Assembly (NCBI GenBank): GCA_965218435.1
Contig: CBDCKW010000009.1
Span: 1,664,001-1,728,000 of the forward strand
Source of the DNA: Truepera sp.
GTDB taxonomy: Bacteria > Deinococcota > Deinococci > Deinococcales > Trueperaceae
Length of the DNA stretch: 64,000 nt
Direction of reading: 5' to 3'
In this document: in pieces, positions 9,952-19,885 of the stretch
Layout: each line of letters starts with the position of its first letter
Position numbering within the stretch: position 1 is the stretch's first letter
Translations under genes and position numbers: made by a program
Notes under the pieces: generated by a model
Seen by the model: only the letters and a program-made list of their open reading frames with translations
Told to the model about the DNA's origin: nothing
Databases searched by the model: none

Positions 9952-10722
9952 ATGTTCAAATTTGCCATTTCATCGTGGAGCGTAGACGGACTTTTAACTT
10001 CGGGGCTGCCCCTGTTAGAGCTGCCTGCCGAACTGCAAAAACATGGGATCAGGGTGCTCGAGCTCTGTCACTTTCACCTGCCTTCGACCGAACCGGATTA
10101 TCTGGCGGCGCTCCGCTCAAACCTAGAAGCCGCAAACGTTGAGCTGTACAGCGTGCTGATTGACGCCGGTGACGTTACTGCGCCCGACCCGAAGGTATTA
10201 GAAGGGGAATTGGGGCTGATTCGCCGTTATATCCGCGCCGCCGCCGCTCTCGGCGCAGAGCGGGTACGGATTTCCGCCGGTCAGCACCCTGCAACTCCTG
10301 AGACGTTAGCGCAAAGTGCCGCGCAGCTGACAACCCTGATGGACTACGCGGCAGAGTACGGCGTCAAAGTCAGTACCGAAAACTGGCAGCTTACCGCGCA
10401 AGAGCCGGAGGCGGTGCTCGAGATTCTCGAGACCTGCCCCAAAGGGTTGGGCCTTTGCATGGACACCGGCAACGCCGAAGCCAGCCGGGACAAATACGAC
10501 ACACTCGTCCAGCTGCTACCTTACGCGACCTCGGTGCATTTTAAGGCGCGTAGAGTACCCGAAGGCATGGATTTAACCGACGCACGCCGCTGCTTAGACC
10601 TGCTCCGTAACGCCAACTTTGAAGGACCGCTCAGCTTGATCTATGACCGCAAACAAGGCGAGTGGGACGGGCTCAAAACGCTGCAGAGCACACTGCAGAC
10701 ACTTGACGTTCAGCAGGTGTAG
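9952..10722 (+). CDS. Sugar phosphate isomerase/epimerase family TIM barrel
   Basis: TENW, MDTGN and SVHFK metal-binding motifs. Confidence 0.85.
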   Translation: MFKFAISSWSVDGLLTSGLPLLELPAELQKHGIRVLELCHFHLPSTEPDYLAALRSNLEAANVELYSVLIDAGDVTAPDPKVLEGELGLIRRYIRAAAALGAERVRISAGQHPATPETLAQSAAQLTTLMDYAAEYGVKVSTENWQLTAQEPEAVLEILETCPKGLGLCMDTGNAEASRDKYDTLVQLLPYATSVHFKARRVPEGMDLTDARRCLDLLRNANFEGPLSLIYDRKQGEWDGLKTLQSTLQTLDVQQV

Positions 10723-10727
10723 CGGGT

Positions 10728-11297
10728 ATGGACGCCAGCGTGAATAGACTCCTAGTCATGACGGTTGGGAAAACACACAGCGGCAAATCAACATTCGCCC
10801 AAACATTGAAACGTCACCTTGGCGATACTTGCGCCGTTGACCAAGACAACCACGCTGAGTTTATCAACACGTATTACCGGGAGCTACTACCCAAACAGGG
10901 GCCGAATACACTCAAATACAGTGTGACCGAAACCATCCTAGAGTATGCGGTGACCCAAACAACAATGCACCTGGTCTTATGCAATTCCTACCGCTCTTTG
11001 ACAGACCGCACAAAACTTCTCGGCAAATTTAAGGGGTTAGGCTTTACCACTGTTTTGGTCAACTTTGACATACCGGACGAACTACTGAAAGCGAGAGTCA
11101 GCCGTACAAAACGCAGTACAACCGTCCTTAGAAGCGCGTCGAGCTTTGCAGAGGTGCTTGCTCGGCAACAAGGTGAGTCTACACATAGCGATATGGCGTC
11201 CCCAAAAGAAGATGAAGCTGACTATTTTTTTGTCATTAACAGTCATGAGGCGGCTCAAACGACCGTCGGTAACATTCTTAGAATTGCACGCCCATAA
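10728..11297 (+). CDS. AAA/P-loop ATP-binding protein
   Basis: VGKTHSGKST Walker A; more AT-rich than neighbours. Confidence 0.75.
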   Translation: MDASVNRLLVMTVGKTHSGKSTFAQTLKRHLGDTCAVDQDNHAEFINTYYRELLPKQGPNTLKYSVTETILEYAVTQTTMHLVLCNSYRSLTDRTKLLGKFKGLGFTTVLVNFDIPDELLKARVSRTKRSTTVLRSASSFAEVLARQQGESTHSDMASPKEDEADYFFVINSHEAAQTTVGNILRIARP

Positions 11298-11343
11298 GGT
11301 TCTCGCTAGAGCTATAAGCGAATAAACGCTTTAGGTCAAGTCT

Positions 11344-13227
11344 CTAAACCCCCAACGCCTCGGTCGTCTCTTCCCAGCGGGCGATAGCGTCTAAAAGTTC
11401 GGCCTCGAGCTGCCCGTGCCGTTCACTCGTCTCGAGTAGTGCTTCGGGCGTAAGGGTTTCAGGAGTCGTAAGCTTTTTTGTCAGCGCCTCGAGGTTACCC
11501 TCGAGTTCGGCGATATGCGCTTCTAACGCCTCTTGGTCACGGCCAAGTTGCCACTTTGACGGGCCTTTGGGTTCGTCGTCAACCGGTTTTTCAGCCCGTT
11601 CCGTTTTGACCTCAGCTTCTTGCACACTCCGCTCACGGCGTTTGCGCTCGTAAAAGTTCCAGTCACCCTCGTACGGCGTAAAATGACCGCCCTCGAGCTC
11701 CCACACCAGCTCAGTCGTTTGGGCGATAAAACGCCGGTCGTGCGACACAACCAGCAGCGTACCTTCATAGGCGTCTAGAGCGGCCTCGAGCGCCTCGATC
11801 ATCTCGACGTCTAGGTGGTTCGTCGGTTCGTCTAACACGAGAAAGTTGTATTCACCTAAAGTAAGTTTGAGCAGCGCCAATCGCGCCCGCTCCCCGCCGG
11901 AAAGGTCACGGACGCGCTTAAACTGCGCGTCGTACGGGAACAAAAAACGGCCCAACAAGTTGTGCGCCGCGCTGTCCCCGACGAGCCGGACCAACTCTTC
12001 AAACAAAGTTGCGTCCGGGTCTACGCCGCGCAGCTCCTGGTCGTAGTAGCCGACACGGACCCTTGCACCAAAGCGCAACAGGGCTCGAGGATCGTCACTC
12101 GAAGTTTCGCCTAAAAGCACCCGCAAAAAGCTCGATTTACCCGCCCCGTTCGGCCCGACGAGCGCGACGCGCTCCCCTTGCCGGAGGGTCAAGCCCACGT
12201 CCTTAAAGAGCTGGTCGCCGCCGTAGCTTTTGCTTAAGTGCTGCGCCTGTAAGACGATTTCGCCGGAGTCGTCGCACGGAAAGGTAAAGCGGGTTTGACG
12301 TTCGGCGGCCTCGGCGTCGGGGAGCATGGTGTCGGCGTAACGCTCCGTGCGGCGCTCCATCGCTTTGGCGCGGCGGTGCAGCTTTTCGCTCTGACCGGCC
12401 CAGCGTTTCATCTGCGTCGCCGCAGCCTCGAGCCTGTCGTGTTCTTTTTGCTGATTGGCGCGGGTGACCGCCTCGAGCCGTTCCTGCTCCGCTCTCGCCT
12501 CACGGTAACGGGTCGGTGTCGTAGCCATCGTCCGCAGCGTCCCGCGAGAGATTTCCGCGGTCGCGTTGCAGGTCTCGTCCAAAAACGCCCGGTCGTGCGA
12601 GACGAGCAGCACGCCGCCCGGATACCGCGATAAGTAGCCGCCGAGCCAGCGCCGCATCGCCATATCGAGGTGGTTGGTGGGTTCGTCCATTAAGAGCACG
12701 TCGGGTTGCGCCATCAGCAGGCGGGCGAGCCCCAAACGCGTTTTTTCGCCACCGGAGAGGTGACTGGCTACCTCGTGTTCGCGCCCACGGAAACCGAGCG
12801 CGTAGAGCACCGAATCGCGCCGTGAGCGCCGTTCAAAACCGCCGCGCCGCTCGAAGGTTTCGTGCAGGACTTCCCAGCGAGCATAAACTCCGGGGTCGGC
12901 CAAGCCTTCGTGCTCGAGCTTTTGCAGTCCGCGCTCGAGTTCATCCAACTCGGCAAACGCCCGTTCGGACACCTCTAAAATGCTCATGCCGGGGGGAATG
13001 ATGGGGTCTTGCTCCAACATCGCCACGCTCACGCCTTCCCGCCGAAAGACGCTGCCCCCGTCGGGCGCATCTTGGTGCAGTAGCAGCCGCAAAATCGTGG
13101 ACTTGCCCGCCCCGTTGCGCCCGATCAGCGCCGTTCGGGACGAGCTGCGCAGCTCGAGGGTCACGCCGTCCAAGACGACCTGCTCACCGTAAAACTTTTC
13201 CACGTCGTAAAGGGCTGACAACACCAT
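11344..13227 (-). CDS. ABC-F family ATPase
   Basis: Two ABC domains (GxNGAGKS, LSGGE, DEPTNHLD), no TM segments, C-terminal coiled coil. Confidence 0.95.
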   Translation of the reverse strand: MVLSALYDVEKFYGEQVVLDGVTLELRSSSRTALIGRNGAGKSTILRLLLHQDAPDGGSVFRREGVSVAMLEQDPIIPPGMSILEVSERAFAELDELERGLQKLEHEGLADPGVYARWEVLHETFERRGGFERRSRRDSVLYALGFRGREHEVASHLSGGEKTRLGLARLLMAQPDVLLMDEPTNHLDMAMRRWLGGYLSRYPGGVLLVSHDRAFLDETCNATAEISRGTLRTMATTPTRYREARAEQERLEAVTRANQQKEHDRLEAAATQMKRWAGQSEKLHRRAKAMERRTERYADTMLPDAEAAERQTRFTFPCDDSGEIVLQAQHLSKSYGGDQLFKDVGLTLRQGERVALVGPNGAGKSSFLRVLLGETSSDDPRALLRFGARVRVGYYDQELRGVDPDATLFEELVRLVGDSAAHNLLGRFLFPYDAQFKRVRDLSGGERARLALLKLTLGEYNFLVLDEPTNHLDVEMIEALEAALDAYEGTLLVVSHDRRFIAQTTELVWELEGGHFTPYEGDWNFYERKRRERSVQEAEVKTERAEKPVDDEPKGPSKWQLGRDQEALEAHIAELEGNLEALTKKLTTPETLTPEALLETSERHGQLEAELLDAIARWEETTEALGV

Positions 13228-13295
13228 TTCACCAGTTTAACGGTTACTAAGAAGCTCTGGTAAAACGAGCTGAGATATTTAGACGAAATAGCCTG

Positions 13296-13497
13296 AGTAC
13301 ACGACAATTTTTTAGAACCTTGTCCAGAAGGTAATTTGTTGTGTAAGCCCAAAAAGAGGCTTTTTGCCTATATGAGCATGACCGGGTAGATCGTCTTGAA
13401 CATCATCCTAAACAGCAGTCTCGGGGGACATGAACGCTACTTTTCAGAGGGTTGAATAGCCCGTTCAGACTCGTAAAACTATTTTTTGTCGTGTACT
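13296..13497. mobile_element. MITE-like element family B, copy 2 (202 bp)
   Basis: Perfect 12-bp terminal IR AGTACACGACAA / TTGTCGTGTACT; same length as and clearly homologous to 8054-8255. Confidence 0.8.
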
Positions 13498-13700
13498 AAA
13501 GCATGACTTACAAAAAATCGCTCTTAAAGGCAAACTAGTACCGCAAAAGGGACAGTTAAAGGCTTCCAAAGCGCCTCCTTTAGCCAAAGCCCTGAAATTA
13601 TAACTTACCTAGCCTACACGAACCAACTGAAGTTCTGGGAGTCCATGAAGAATAAGTTAAATCGGAAGTTTGCTGCTGATAGCAAACGCCGCTTCGTTCG

Positions 13701-14561
13701 CTACTCGAGCCGTTTAAGCTCGATATTGCGCACCAGCATTTCTGCGTTTTGCGCCTGGAAAGCGATGCGGCCTTCCTCTAACGGGGCCGTCTTGCCACCC
13801 CTTGCGGGCTGTCTGGGGTTGATGATGCGGTTGTTGACCTTACCATTAACGATGTGCAAAATTTCGTCCGCCGTGACGATCAGCTCAACCCGGTTCCAGC
13901 CCGATTTTTCATAGGTGCCGCTTTTGCCGAGCTGGGTGTAGCTGCTGGGTTTGGTGGTGTACGGCACCCCTCCCTTGCGGTACTGCGGCGTCTTCGCGGT
14001 AGGCGACGCCACCGTCGTTTCAGCTGTTAAGCGGCCTATAAGCCAGAGGTCGCCCGTGTCCCCTTCTTGAAGCTGAAACTCGAGGCTGCGCGGCCACAAC
14101 GCGTCCGGCTGGGCGACGTGGTACAAAAGGCCACCCCCGCGTTTGCTTTCGGAGAACCGCTTTTCACCCCAGCGGTACTCGAAGCGCAGGTGATAGTGCC
14201 GATACACCTCGTCGGTCACCAGGTAGCCTCGCTCTCGCTTACTTTTCGGAACGTCCAAAATATGGAGCACGCCATCCTCGAGCTTGAAGACACCGTTCGG
14301 GTCGCTCTTGTGCGTTAACCAAGGCGACCAGCCCTCGAGCGTAGTTCCTAGAAGGGGTGTCCAACCCGCGTTCGGTTCCGGATCGGGGGTAGGCGCAGGT
14401 GTCCCGGTGGGAGGTGACGGAGCGGGCGGTGCCGTGTTCGGGGGGGCGTTGGGGAGGGGGGCGTCGGAAGGTGGAGCGGGCTGTGCGCAAGCGCCCAGCA
14501 GCATCACGAGCAGCAGGAGCCGGGGGATGGGTAAAACGTTGTGTATAGTTCTCTTCTTCAT
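13701..14561 (-). CDS. DUF1080 (3-keto-disaccharide hydrolase-like) lipoprotein
   Basis: Lipobox LGAC, Pro-rich linker, WPRSLEFQLQEGDTGDLW, GWNRVEL and GRIAFQ motifs. Confidence 0.85.
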   Translation of the reverse strand: MKKRTIHNVLPIPRLLLLVMLLGACAQPAPPSDAPLPNAPPNTAPPAPSPPTGTPAPTPDPEPNAGWTPLLGTTLEGWSPWLTHKSDPNGVFKLEDGVLHILDVPKSKRERGYLVTDEVYRHYHLRFEYRWGEKRFSESKRGGGLLYHVAQPDALWPRSLEFQLQEGDTGDLWLIGRLTAETTVASPTAKTPQYRKGGVPYTTKPSSYTQLGKSGTYEKSGWNRVELIVTADEILHIVNGKVNNRIINPRQPARGGKTAPLEEGRIAFQAQNAEMLVRNIELKRLE

Positions 14562-14713
14562 ATTATGGTTTATCCTTCAGAACTTGCGAACAACTTGCGG
14601 GAACGTTCAGTTCTGCCTGCCAGCTGTCCACGTGCTCGTATATATCATCAACACCGCTTCGTAAACCATGCTGTTTCTACCTAAAGAGGCCGAGGGGTTC
14701 GTAAACCCCACCG

Positions 14714-15502
14714 TCAGAACTTACGCCCAATCAGCAGCACCGCTTCGTGCGCCAAGGACTCGAGTCCTCCTTCCCCCTGTACAACCTGAAAATAAGCTTT
14801 TTGCGCCGGAGACAGGGCCAAAATATCGCGCACCAACGCTTCCCCTATAGCTCTTGGTGTTTGTGGCCGCCCCAACCATTCCCAATACGGCTTATACGCC
14901 CACCAGCGCGATAAGTGCTGCGTATCCAATCCGGCGTCCGCCAGCCACACCACCCACTCCCGGACGGTGTACGCCCATTCGTGGCTGGGGTCGCGCCGCT
15001 TTTCAATGTCGTTCATGACTCGGGCTAATTCAGGCTCTTCGGGGGAAACGTTATCTACCAGTAAGAGAAGGCCACCTGGACGCAAGACCCTCGCCGCCTC
15101 CCGTACAAACTGCGCAGGGTCGGCGAAGTGATGTGCGGCGATACGGCAGGTTACAAGGTCGAAAGTCTCAGCGTTAAAAGGGAGCGATTCAGCTGCGGCG
15201 GTGGCAAACTGCACCGCTTCTCCCCCATTTGCCTGGACAAATGTCTGGGCCGCTTGGAGCATCTCCGGGGTCAGATCGGTAGCTGTTACCGCTGCCCCCG
15301 CCCTGGCGAACGCGAGCGCAGTGTGACCACCACCGGTCGCTACATCGAGGGCTCTTCTATCTTGCAGATTGCCAAGCAGACGTTCGGCCAGGGCAACCAT
15401 CTGTGTGAGTTCGGCACCTTTGGCGTGGCCTACACTTTCTATGTAGGCGCTAGCGGTGCGGCCGAACTGGGCTTGAACGCGGCGGTAGGTATCTCGAGTC
15501 AT
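14714..15502 (-). CDS. Class I SAM-dependent methyltransferase
   Basis: LDVATGGGH, FDLVTCRIAAHHF and RVLRPGG motifs. Confidence 0.92.
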   Translation of the reverse strand: MTRDTYRRVQAQFGRTASAYIESVGHAKGAELTQMVALAERLLGNLQDRRALDVATGGGHTALAFARAGAAVTATDLTPEMLQAAQTFVQANGGEAVQFATAAAESLPFNAETFDLVTCRIAAHHFADPAQFVREAARVLRPGGLLLLVDNVSPEEPELARVMNDIEKRRDPSHEWAYTVREWVVWLADAGLDTQHLSRWWAYKPYWEWLGRPQTPRAIGEALVRDILALSPAQKAYFQVVQGEGGLESLAHEAVLLIGRKF

Positions 15503-15774
15503 AGCTGAGTTTAGCGGTGCGCTGGGTGAATTCACCGCTTGGTTTTAAGGTTGAGGGTCAAGGTCCTCTTACGAGCCAGTGGGCAGAGCGAAACCTTTGT
15601 GTTAACGACCGCACTAAGTGACCTTATTAACGCACTGTGTTAGCGGATAAATTGACCGTCTCTCACGCAGAGTACGCTGTTCTCAGGGCGTCAGCGTACT
15701 CGGTCACATCTTTGGACTGTTTTGGGCCGGGTCACTTAAGCTTTTCCCGGAGTTAATTATAAGGAGCTGATAGG

Positions 15775-16692
15775 ATGCCCCGAACCATCGAAGTCACCGT
15801 TCCCAAGGGCAAAACCGACGCCCTCATCGGCCGCGTTAGGGAGCTTACCGGTGTCGTGGGTCTCTCAGTTCAGTACGGCGCGTCCCTCGTCCCGCCGGGA
15901 GACGTCCTCACCTTGCAGACGACGAACGACAGTACACGCACGGTTGTTCAGCTGTTTAGCGAATTCGGCATTATGGAGGGCGGCTCCGTTGTGATCAGCA
16001 AACCGCAGAGCCTAATCTCACCGACTTACGCCAAACAGATTGACCGTGAGGGAGACGAAACCGTCTGGGAAGAGTTGGCCCTTTTTTTACGCGAGCAGTC
16101 CAACCTGGCGACAAACTTTTTGTGGCTGATGTTCTTGTCCGGTTGCGTCGCTGCAGTTGGCATTTGGTCAAACCAGCTGGCGCTCATCTACGCGGCGCAA
16201 CTTCTCGCACCTCACGTCGAACCGCTCTTACGGCTGCCGCTAAGTATTCTGAGCGGACGACGCAGCACCGCCGTGCGCGGCGCTCTCGCGGCGCTCGCAG
16301 GTTATAGCCTCCTCCTGGTGGGGTCAGCCGTCACCTTTCTTATTCTAAGAGCTCTTGACCCTGCTGCACCGGCTGCCCTTACGGAGCGTTCACTCGTCCA
16401 GCTTTACACCGCCGTTACGCCTGCCAGCATCCTCGTTGCGATGCTCGCGGGTTTAGCTAGCGGCTTCGTCCTCGCGTCGCAAAGGGCGGTGCTGCTTTCC
16501 GGCGTGTATCTAGCCCTGGCGCTGGTTCCCGGCATGGGCTTGGCCGGAGCCGCGCTCGCCGCCGGTAACCTGGCACTCGCAGGGCGGGCGCTGCTTATCT
16601 GGGCAATACCTGCAGCGTCGGTTATCTTTCTAGGTGGGTCGGTGCTGACGCTCAAGCGGTTTTTTAGAGACCGCCGCGCCGTGCTCGAGTAA
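15775..16692 (+). CDS. DUF389-like membrane protein
   Basis: Soluble N-terminal domain followed by about seven TM segments with LSGVYLALALVP; AAGGAG RBS. Confidence 0.75.
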   Translation: MPRTIEVTVPKGKTDALIGRVRELTGVVGLSVQYGASLVPPGDVLTLQTTNDSTRTVVQLFSEFGIMEGGSVVISKPQSLISPTYAKQIDREGDETVWEELALFLREQSNLATNFLWLMFLSGCVAAVGIWSNQLALIYAAQLLAPHVEPLLRLPLSILSGRRSTAVRGALAALAGYSLLLVGSAVTFLILRALDPAAPAALTERSLVQLYTAVTPASILVAMLAGLASGFVLASQRAVLLSGVYLALALVPGMGLAGAALAAGNLALAGRALLIWAIPAASVIFLGGSVLTLKRFFRDRRAVLE

Positions 16693-16714
16693 TCAACTCA
16701 CTAACCCTGGGGCT

Positions 16715-16861
16715 TTACCCCGGTCCTCCGGGCGGCACCGGGTCAATAATCGGGTCGGGATCGTTGGGATCACCTATCGGGGGTTGGGATGGGTCTTCAG
16801 GGGGTACCGGCTCGTCAGGGTCGGGAATAACCGAGTTTTTAGAAAACGTCAATAAGCGCAT
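16715..16861 (-). CDS. Small Pro/Asp-rich protein (48 aa), below the ORF-track cutoff
   Basis: MRLLTFSKNSVIPDPDEPVPPEDPSQPPIGDPNDPDPIIDPVPPGGPG*, preceded by an AAAGGGG RBS. Confidence 0.55.
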   Translation of the reverse strand: MRLLTFSKNSVIPDPDEPVPPEDPSQPPIGDPNDPDPIIDPVPPGGPG

Positions 16862-17060
16862 AACAACCCCTTTCAAAAGCTGTGCTGAGCAAAACTTACA
16901 CGGGTAGCTCCAAATACCACTATGACGTAGCGCCCTATTGGGGTCATCATTTAGATGTTTTTACGCCTTCACATCTCGTACAGGTCAGCAAACCCGGAAA
17001 ACGTTCCGAGCACCAAAACTGCTAGACTCTAGGGTGACCTTCACTTTAGCTGGCTCTTTA

Positions 17061-17174
17061 CTAGAAGCCATCTCAAAAACCCTTTTTGGCCTCAGCCCAA
17101 AAGGGTTTGACCGAGCTAGGCGAGTAAGATCGAACGCTCGCAGTCTGAAAAATAATTTTTGAGATAGGTTCTAG
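17061..17174. mobile_element. MITE-like element family C, copy 1
   Basis: CTAGAAGCCATCTCAAAAA / TTTTTGAGATAGGTTCTAG inverted ends (17 of 19 match); interior shared with 27310-27434 and 35484-35584. Confidence 0.75.
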
Positions 17175-17220
17175 ACAATGAATACAGCGGAGCTTTATCT
17201 CACAGGAAGAAGGGACAACG

Positions 17221-17967
17221 ATGAACTTTGGTTTGCACGGCCGGGTGGCGCTCGTCACAGGCGCGTCGCGGGGTCTAGGTGCAGCGATTGCTAAAACGCT
17301 GGCAGCGCAAGGTGCCCGTGTGGTGGTCAACTACGCCCGGTCGCAAGAGCTGGCCTATGGCGTGGTCGAGGCGATTCATGAGGGGGGTGGGGAAGCGTTG
17401 GCGGTGCAAGCAGATGTGCTCGAGCCCGCTCAAATCAAACGCTTAGTACGAGAGACCGAAGCCCATTTCGGACCTGTTGAGATTTTAGTCAACAACGCCA
17501 CCGGCCCTCAACCGAATAAACCGCTGGAAGCTTATGTCTGGCAGGACTTTCAAGACCAACTGGACTTTTTTCTCAAAGCGCCCTTACTGCTGATGCGAGA
17601 AACCCTACCGGCGATGAAACGCGCCGGGTGGGGCCGCGTGATTCACATCGGTAGCGAAGTCGCCGAACTCGGCAATCCGAACTTCAGTTCGTATGCGTCG
17701 GCGAAAGCCGCCATGCTGGGGCTGACCCGAAGTTGGGCCAATGAACTCGGCAGGGATGGGATTACGGTCAATCTGATCGCGCCCGGTTGGATACCGGTCG
17801 AAAAACACGATGATCTGTCCGGGATGGACGCGTACCTCCGGGGTGTCCCGTTAGGGCGGCACGGCGTCCCCGAAGACATCGGCTTTGCGGCAGCTTTTTT
17901 AGCGAGTGACGAGGCGAACTTCATCACCGGGCAGCGGCTGGCGGTCAACGGCGGCAAGACGTTGTGA
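17221..17967 (+). CDS. SDR oxidoreductase (FabG-like)
   Basis: TGASRGLG, LVNNA, YASAK and VNGG motifs. Confidence 0.93.
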   Translation: MNFGLHGRVALVTGASRGLGAAIAKTLAAQGARVVVNYARSQELAYGVVEAIHEGGGEALAVQADVLEPAQIKRLVRETEAHFGPVEILVNNATGPQPNKPLEAYVWQDFQDQLDFFLKAPLLLMRETLPAMKRAGWGRVIHIGSEVAELGNPNFSSYASAKAAMLGLTRSWANELGRDGITVNLIAPGWIPVEKHDDLSGMDAYLRGVPLGRHGVPEDIGFAAAFLASDEANFITGQRLAVNGGKTL

Positions 17968-18602
17968 CGAGCTATGCCGGAAGTGCGGAACGGCAAGTTG
18001 ACGCCGACCCCAAAGTGTTGGGGCACCTCGCCCAAGACCCCAACATGGCAGCACTCATCGAAACGTTTGGCCCCTATACCTGGCCACTGTCACCGCCCTT
18101 TAGGTCGTTGGTCCGGGCCGTCGTCGGACAACTCATCTCCGGCGCAGCGGCGCGGGCGACGTTTAACCGGTTGGAGGCCGCAACTCAGATCAACCCCGAA
18201 CGCATTCTTGTGCATACTCCGGATGAACTGTTGGCGCTCGGCGTCCCGCGCCGTAAAGGAGAATATCTGCATGGGTTGGCAAAGTACGCGTTAGAGAGGC
18301 AGTTAGATACACTAGCCGACCTCAGCGACGCCGAGGTGACCGCGCGGCTCGTCGCCCTTCGCGGTGTCGGAGTCTGGACGGCTGAGATGTTCCTGATCTT
18401 TGCGTTGGGTCGCCCCGATGTCTGGCCCATCAAAGATATGGGCGTGGTGCGGGCCGCTGAACGCTACTACAACCTTTCGGACATCGCAGAAGTAGCGGCT
18501 TTAGGTGAACGCTTTCGCCCGTACCGAAGTGCAGCGGTTTGGTATTTATGGCGCTGGACCGAGGCAAATCCCAAGAGAACTGGAAGCGGTGCCCAAAAAT
18601 AG
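17964..18602 (+). CDS. DNA-3-methyladenine glycosylase (AlkA-like, HhH-GPD)
   Basis: VVGQLIS, LRGVGVWTAEMFLIF, RPDVWP and PYRSAAVWYLW motifs. Confidence 0.9.
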   Translation: MTSYAGSAERQVDADPKVLGHLAQDPNMAALIETFGPYTWPLSPPFRSLVRAVVGQLISGAAARATFNRLEAATQINPERILVHTPDELLALGVPRRKGEYLHGLAKYALERQLDTLADLSDAEVTARLVALRGVGVWTAEMFLIFALGRPDVWPIKDMGVVRAAERYYNLSDIAEVAALGERFRPYRSAAVWYLWRWTEANPKRTGSGAQK

Positions 18603-18791
18603 GTCGTCGTACAGTCCTGCACGACGTTTGATTTTTACGAACCGTCTGTCGGTATGAGCAGCGTTATGACCAAGCCTCTGTATGCCCTTATTGTAGGTAC
18701 CACTACAGGCAGGCCGAACAGAGTGGCGTGGCGTACAAGCCGCAGAATTTGCCGTGTCGGGTGGGCAAACAGCAAAAGCGCGGGGAAACCT

Positions 18792-19885
18792 ATGCCTAGA
18801 GCGGCTTTGCACAAAAAGTCTACAAAAAGTCATAAGGATGCATTTTGGAAAATTTACTTGCACCGAAGCTTGTTGAGGGACTTTGAAATTTGCGTCGGTG
18901 ACTACAAAGCTTATTCCAGTCTATTCGTCGATTTTATGGCGTGAAAACTTATGAGGCTGGAGAGGACTTTTTGTGCAAAGCCGCCTAGAGCAGTCAGATT
19001 TGATAGGTGCGGTGGGATTGACGTCTTGTATGTTGCAGAAGTTGCGACTCCGGGTTCCGAGCAGGTGACGGTTAGGATGAAAGCTGCCGGGACCAATTCG
19101 GGTGAGGCAGGGACTTGAGAGGGCTTGTCAGACAGCGTATAGCCCGCGACGTTTCCCTCCGGGCAGGGTAGCAACCTCCCCGGAGTCGTTGAAGAACTAG
19201 GTGAAGGCGTAGACAATTTGGCTGTAGGTGATGAGGTTATCAGCTATGTTGATACGCGCTCGAGCCAAGCTGAGTTTGTTGTCGCAAAAGCAAAAAGCCT
19301 AGTCCCGTGTCCGAGCGATGTTTCATGGGAAGCGGGCGGCGCTCTCGCTGTGGTCGGGAGAACAGCGTATGCTGCGGCGCACACTGTTTCGGTCGGTGAA
19401 GGTGACAGCGTAGTCGCCTCCGCTGCGGCAGGCGGGGTCGGCTCCACTGCCGTGCAGTTGGCTAAACATAAGGGTGCAACCGTCATGAAGCTAACCACAG
19501 CTGGCTGACCGACCACGGCGTCGTCCCGGTGACTTGTAGCGACGCTTAGGAAGCGCGTATCCGAGAGGCGTCCGGCGGCAAAGTCGAGGCCATCAACGCC
19601 ATCGGCTCCGGTTATGTTGAGTTAGTGCTTAAGCTCGGCGTTCAGCCCGAGCGAATCAACACGGTTACCGATTTTGAGGCAGCCAAAAAGTGCAGCGTCA
19701 GAGCTAAAGGGGGCGTGGACACTGACACTCCGACTGCCGCTGTACTCGCTGAGCCGGTGAGCATGATCAGCGAGGGAACCTTCGAGCTACCTATTGGCCG
19801 GGTCTATCCGCTGGAACAGCTCAAGGAGGCTTACCGGGAACTCGAGCAGCGCCACACCCACAGCAAAATTGTGCTCGAGCCTTAA
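18792..19885 (+). pseudogene. Decayed NADP-dependent (MDR/quinone) oxidoreductase, interrupted by MITE A
   Basis: With the MITE removed it reads MPRAVRFDRCGGIDVLYVAEV...AAGTNSGEAGT*...*PATFPSGQG...AAAGGVGS...HTHSKIVLEP; colinear with 61126-62051; several stops and frameshifts. Confidence 0.88.
18803..18982. mobile_element. MITE family A, copy 1 (180 bp)
   Basis: Perfect 18-bp TIR GGCTTTGCACAAAAAGTC; 9-bp TSD GCCTAGAGC at 18794-18802 and 18983-18991. Confidence 0.95.

Noticed and set aside
18654..18944. ORFs 18654-18944 and 27449-27652 sharing the peptide ALHKKSTKSHKDAFWK
   Set aside because: The shared part is simply MITE A sequence read in an open frame; no independent coding evidence.
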